Source: the human T2T-CHM13v2.0 reference genome, Homo sapiens
Length of the DNA: 64,000 nucleotides
Reading direction: 5' to 3' (one strand)
Assembly: GCF_009914755.1 (NCBI RefSeq)
Contig: NC_060943.1
Part shown: positions 49,487 to 64,000 of the stretch, piece after piece
Position numbering within the stretch: position 1 is the stretch's first letter
Layout: every line of letters starts with the position of its first letter
The notes under the pieces: model-generated
The model's input: only the letters and a program-made list of their open reading frames with translations
What the model was told of the DNA's origin: nothing
Databases searched by the model: none
Program-made: the position numbers and the translations under genes

Positions 49487-51430
49487 TCATCGCCACCCAC
49501 TCAGAGTGCCCGCCCGTCCCCTGGATGGCACTCACCACCCTCCACCCACCTTGTCCCAGCGGTGCTGTGTGTCCTCCCCAAACCTGCTACTCCCCAGGAT
49601 TCTCACCATCCAGTCCTCGCAGGCCCAGACCCTGGCGACGTCCTCTGCCCCAACCCATTCCTCCTGCCCCAAGTCACTGTACTCCTTCCCCTTTGGCCCT
49701 GCCCTGGCCTCTGTGGGAGCCGCCAGCCACATGTGAACAGGGAGTACTGGAAAGGCAGGGAGTCCTAGCAGAGAGTCCTAGCAGAGAGGCCTCTAACAAT
49801 AAAACCTGCACTGGGTTCTGAAGACTGAGTACAATAAAGCCGAACGAGCCGGGCGTGGTGGCTCAGGCCTGCAACCCCAGCACTTTGGGAGGCCGAGGCA
49901 GGCGGATCACCGAGCCCAAGAGTTCGAAGCCAGCCTGGGCAAAAAAAAAAAAAAAAAGGAATTTCATCTGCTTTTTTTACTCTTTTAACATGGTGTCTAG
50001 AAAATTTAGAATTCCACGTGGGGCTTGTGTTGAATTTGATGGATGATGCCACCCTGCTCCGTCGCCCAGCCATCCCGTCAAGAGTGTCCTGCACAAGGCC
50101 CAGGGGGTTCCTTCAGCACCCGGAGCTGATGCTACTCCTCGCCATAGTCCTCAGGGCAGGCCCTGGAGGCTCTAGGTGTTCTGGCCATCCCCAGCTCCTG
50201 GGCCATCCTGCCTCCACGGCCTTCCAGAGCCTCTGAGGCCCGAGGCCTTCAGAAAACGTGGTCCCTGACCTTGATGACTTGTGCTCCATTCCCCACCAAC
50301 CTTTCACTCATCCTAGGGTGGAAGAAACTTTCCCTCGCCCATAGATCCAGCCAGTCTGCTCCATAGGGGGTCCCACACTGTCTGAGTGGCCACCTTCCCA
50401 GCACACTTCCTTCCAGAGGGAACTGGCTGGTTCTATGACTGAGGCCTCAGAGAGTCGGGGCTGAAATGGTGCTGGCGCTGCTCTCTGTGCTGGGAAATCC
50501 ACACGGCTTTTCCTACAAGACTGTTCTGGCAGGTCCTCTGTTGTCCCTGATCCCCCAGGGTGCATCAGATGACTTCAGGAGCCCATCCGATGCCCTGGGC
50601 TTCCTCCATGAGCATTCATGTCACCTGAGCTTGTGACAGCTGTAACCTGGCTGCCTCCTGCATCAGACTGTGAATTCCCCCAAGGTCAGGGATTTGTGTT
50701 TGCAGGACAGGTCGGCCCTAAGCAGACAATGCAGGGTGCGTCTCCTTACTGGGTGAGAAGAGCGAGGGCAGGGGGGCTGGGTCCTTGCCCTGACTCTGTC
50801 TCAAACCTGCTGTGTGACCTTAGATGGCTCACTGGCCCTCTCTGTGCCTCATTTTCTTCCCCATTAACCAGCGTGGTTGAGCCAGAGCTGCTGGGCTGCG
50901 GAAGACGCTCTTCCGGGAGGCAGTAAGCACACCGCCACTGCACGGATTCAGGCACAGCTGTGGTCCAGCCCACCAGGGTGAAGGGAGCAGGGAGTCTGGA
51001 GTCTGAATGAAATTTGCAGGCCTTTTATGACTCACGATCATTGATGTTGGTGTTTGCTGAGCACCTATTCAGTGCTGGGATTCCACACCTGGCATCTCAC
51101 CTATCTGACTCACTCAGGGAGTTCAAAGCCCCAAGGGAAGGAAGAGGTTTATCCACCACCTCCCAGAAGCCACGCAAGGACCCAAGATGGGATCAACCTT
51201 CTCATCCCACCCTTTCACCTACACTATGAGACAGGAGCTTTAGTTACAGTTCACCCCATTTTACAGTTGCAAACTCAGGCCCAGGGGCAGTCAGCATCTT
51301 GAAGGGCCACAACTGGAAGAGGCAGGGCTGGGACCTGGACTCAGAAAGTCTAGATCCGGGGCCTGTTCTAAATCCTGACCGCCATCCTGCCTGCCTTTAG
51401 GAGGGCAGATATTCTAATCCAGATGGAAAA

Positions 51431-51574
51431 GTGAGGCTCAGAGAGCTTAGGACACTGGCAAAAAAGCACACAGCTACACAGGGCACAAGTGGGGCTGAAA
51501 CTGTGAGGCTCAGAGAGCTTAGGACACTGGCAAAAAAGCACACAGCTACACAGGGCACAAGTGGGGCTGAAACT
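51431..51574 (+). repeat. Perfect 72-bp tandem duplication in AKT1S1 intron 1
   Basis: GTGAGGCTCAGAGAGCTTAGGACAC...GGGGCTGAAACT at 51431-51502 and 51503-51574. Confidence 0.97.
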
Positions 51575-52739
51575 GCTGACTGCCCAGCCCCAAAACCCCA
51601 CTGAACTGGGGGGTACCCGGTGTCTCAAACACACCCATGTCCTTCCCAGCTGATGAGGGAGGAAACTGAGGCTCTAAGCAAGAAATGGCTGGTCCAAAGT
51701 CAACTGCCTCGCCGTGCTAGGCCTGGGGCTCTCACTTCCACGGGCCTCCAGCCCCTAATGACATGCGGAGAAGAGGGGGAGAGGAGGTCCCGGAAGAGAA
51801 CGTCAGGATGAACTCTCCGTGTACTCAATCTTGGAGTAGCCACGGGATTAAAGAGTGAAATAGGGTGAGTGAGTTGTGAGGGCTCCCCCAACTCAGGAGA
51901 CATGAGCAAAAAGGACAGGGCGACTTCCACAGACCTCTTTGCCAAGGTCCAGGGGCACCCTGTAATGCTACCCAACAGGAGAGTAGCCAAGACCTGGGGG
52001 TCCTCCTTACCCTTCAGCTTCTAGAGGAGGTCCTGTTTCCTCCAAGGAGCTGAGAGATGGAGGAAGAACCCGCCCCGATAGACGAGTTTCGTGTAAGATC
52101 AGGGAGAGATTAGAGGAAAGTGAGACGTGTTCCCCACAGGAGGGGGAGCACGATGTGGCTGTCCTCTTTGGATGCAGGGAGGAGGGAAAAGAGCTAAGGA
52201 GGAGAGGGGTGGAACCACCCCTCCTGTCGAAATTTTAGTACCCCACACCCCAAGATGTGAGGAACCTGAGCATGAACGCGGTAGCCATGGGGTGAGCGCC
52301 TGGGGCCACGCTCAGCTGCCCCGAGACCTCCCAACCTCGCCCGGGGTCCAGGGAGGACCCACTGGTCTAGGAAGAAAACAGGAAATCCCGCCCAGACGGA
52401 GGCCAGGACCGGAAGTCCCGCCTTTGGACGGGTGAGGGGCGCCCCGAGGCCCCCCAAACCATCCCCCGACCCCGTGGACGTGGTCCACGGCCCAGGTAGA
52501 GATCCCAGGCGCTCTGGAACCGCAAGGTGAGACTGTCTACGATTTGCCTCAGGTCTGACAGGACGATTCCCACGGGCGACCCCCTTCCAGCGCTCAGCAA
52601 AGGATCGCTGGCAGACCTCTGCCCTCTGATCTGTGCAGGCCATACCCCTCCCGTGAGCCGCTCGCCCTCCCAGCGCCCCGCTGCCTCAGGACGGCCAAAT
52701 CCTCCCCACACCGCGGTTAACAACGCCGCCTCCACTCAC

Positions 52740-52792
52740 GTGCCCGTAGCCAGCATGGCCGGCCCGGCGCCGTCACCGCCCTCAAAAGACAT
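52740..52792 (-). CDS. AKT1S1: Upstream coding exon of the long AKT1S1 isoform (adds MSFEGGDGAGPAMLATGTAR, 276 aa)
   Basis: GCCGCCATG Kozak at 52792; donor GTGAG after 52740. 53 nt plus 7 nt (49439-49433) is in frame with the ATG at 49432. Confidence 0.75.
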
Positions 52793-53860
52793 GGCGGCGC
52801 CTTGCGTCACGTCCGCGCAGTTGCCCCGCCTCCTCTCCGCACACTCCGCCTCCCTTATCGGGGCCGCCCGAGATCAAGATGGCGGCCACAGGGGCTTCAT
52901 CCGAACCAGTTGACAAGGGTGACGACAGCTTGCCCCTAAGAAAAATGGCCCCGCCTAGAGCATTTCCATTTGCCCCCAACAATAATGGCCGTCCTCATAT
53001 GCTCAATCATGACCACAGTAAACGAAGGCAAGCGACCTGACGTCCCTGACCCACAATAAACTTCTTCGACAAAAGTAGAGGAAATCGGTGCTCGTTAACA
53101 ACATGGCAGCCAACCGGGCTTAATCAGCCCATAGTGTATATTGGCTCTCCCTCCCTCCAACCTGCTCCCATTCGGCACGAAGGCTGGCAAAGATCCAACA
53201 CGGCAGCATTTCTTGCTTCGGTTTGCCAGGCTTCAAAATGGCGGCTCAGCCCGCTTTCTCGCGACGGTGACTCAGAAATTCGTCCGGGGCCGCTTCGTTT
53301 CTGGGGGCACTGACGGCTTCATCCCGTTATCCTGAGTCCCTCAGTGCCTCTTGTGGTGTACAGCTCCTCTCACCTCCTCTTCTCTTATCCGTTCGGCTCT
53401 TCCAGCTGTCGCGCCCCGCAGAGAGATGGGACAGCCCCGTATTAACATGGCCTTAGCTGACCGGCTTAGGCCATGCCCTCGAGCAAAATGGTACCTCCTT
53501 GGCTTCAATTCCAGTATACAATATGGAGAAGGAAGTGGGCGTTTCAAGGCGTGCTTGCCCCAGGTGGTGCAGCTCTCAGACCCTCCCACTTGTTTACTTC
53601 GTGGCGAGAGGGCGAACACTGCGCCTGCGCACTCTCCGTAGCCGGATCCACCTTCAGCGTCTGCGCCACGTGACTCCGATCCACCCTCGAGGTTCCAGTG
53701 GAATAACCCCCTTCTGAAAAATGGTTTCACCCGCTCCTTCTCTAGAACGGGTCGGGCCGCTACCACTGTCCGGCCCGGAGGGGAACTGTTTTCTCCGGAA
53801 GTGACAACACGCTGACTAGGAAAAGGAGGAGGCGGGGCAGTGGGGCCTTCGGCGGCGACT

Positions 53861-63970
<10,110 letters not shown>

Positions 63971-64000
63971 GTGAGGCTCCGGCCCCGCCCCCGCCCTGTC

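Overview
Human (or near-identical great-ape) genomic DNA from the GC- and Alu-rich chr19q13.33 cluster. Gene order: 3' part of MED25 (+, exons 4-18), an intergenic region, PTOV1 (+, complete), PNKP (-, complete), AKT1S1/PRAS40 (-, complete), and TBC1D17 (+, exons 1-15, running off the window). Exon boundaries were read from GT/AG sites and checked for phase; spliced lengths match the known proteins. Two intronic miRNA hairpins are recognisable (MIR6800, MIR4749). Nearly all entries in the ORF track are noise from GC-rich or Alu sequence. Main findings: (1) a ~2.3 kb Charlie8/MER102-type hAT transposon just downstream of MED25 whose transposase is decayed except for an intact NLS plus BED-like zinc finger; an in-phase splice acceptor would fuse this to MED25 exon 17 as an alternative last exon (~810 aa MED25-transposase fusion). 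(2) PTOV1 is a visible tandem derivative of the MED25 3' half, with fossils of MED25 exons 15 and 18 in its 3'UTR. (3) A 91-bp block is perfectly identical between MED25 exon 14 and PTOV1 exon 6, suggesting gene conversion. Gene, miRNA and repeat-family names come from recognition, not database searches.
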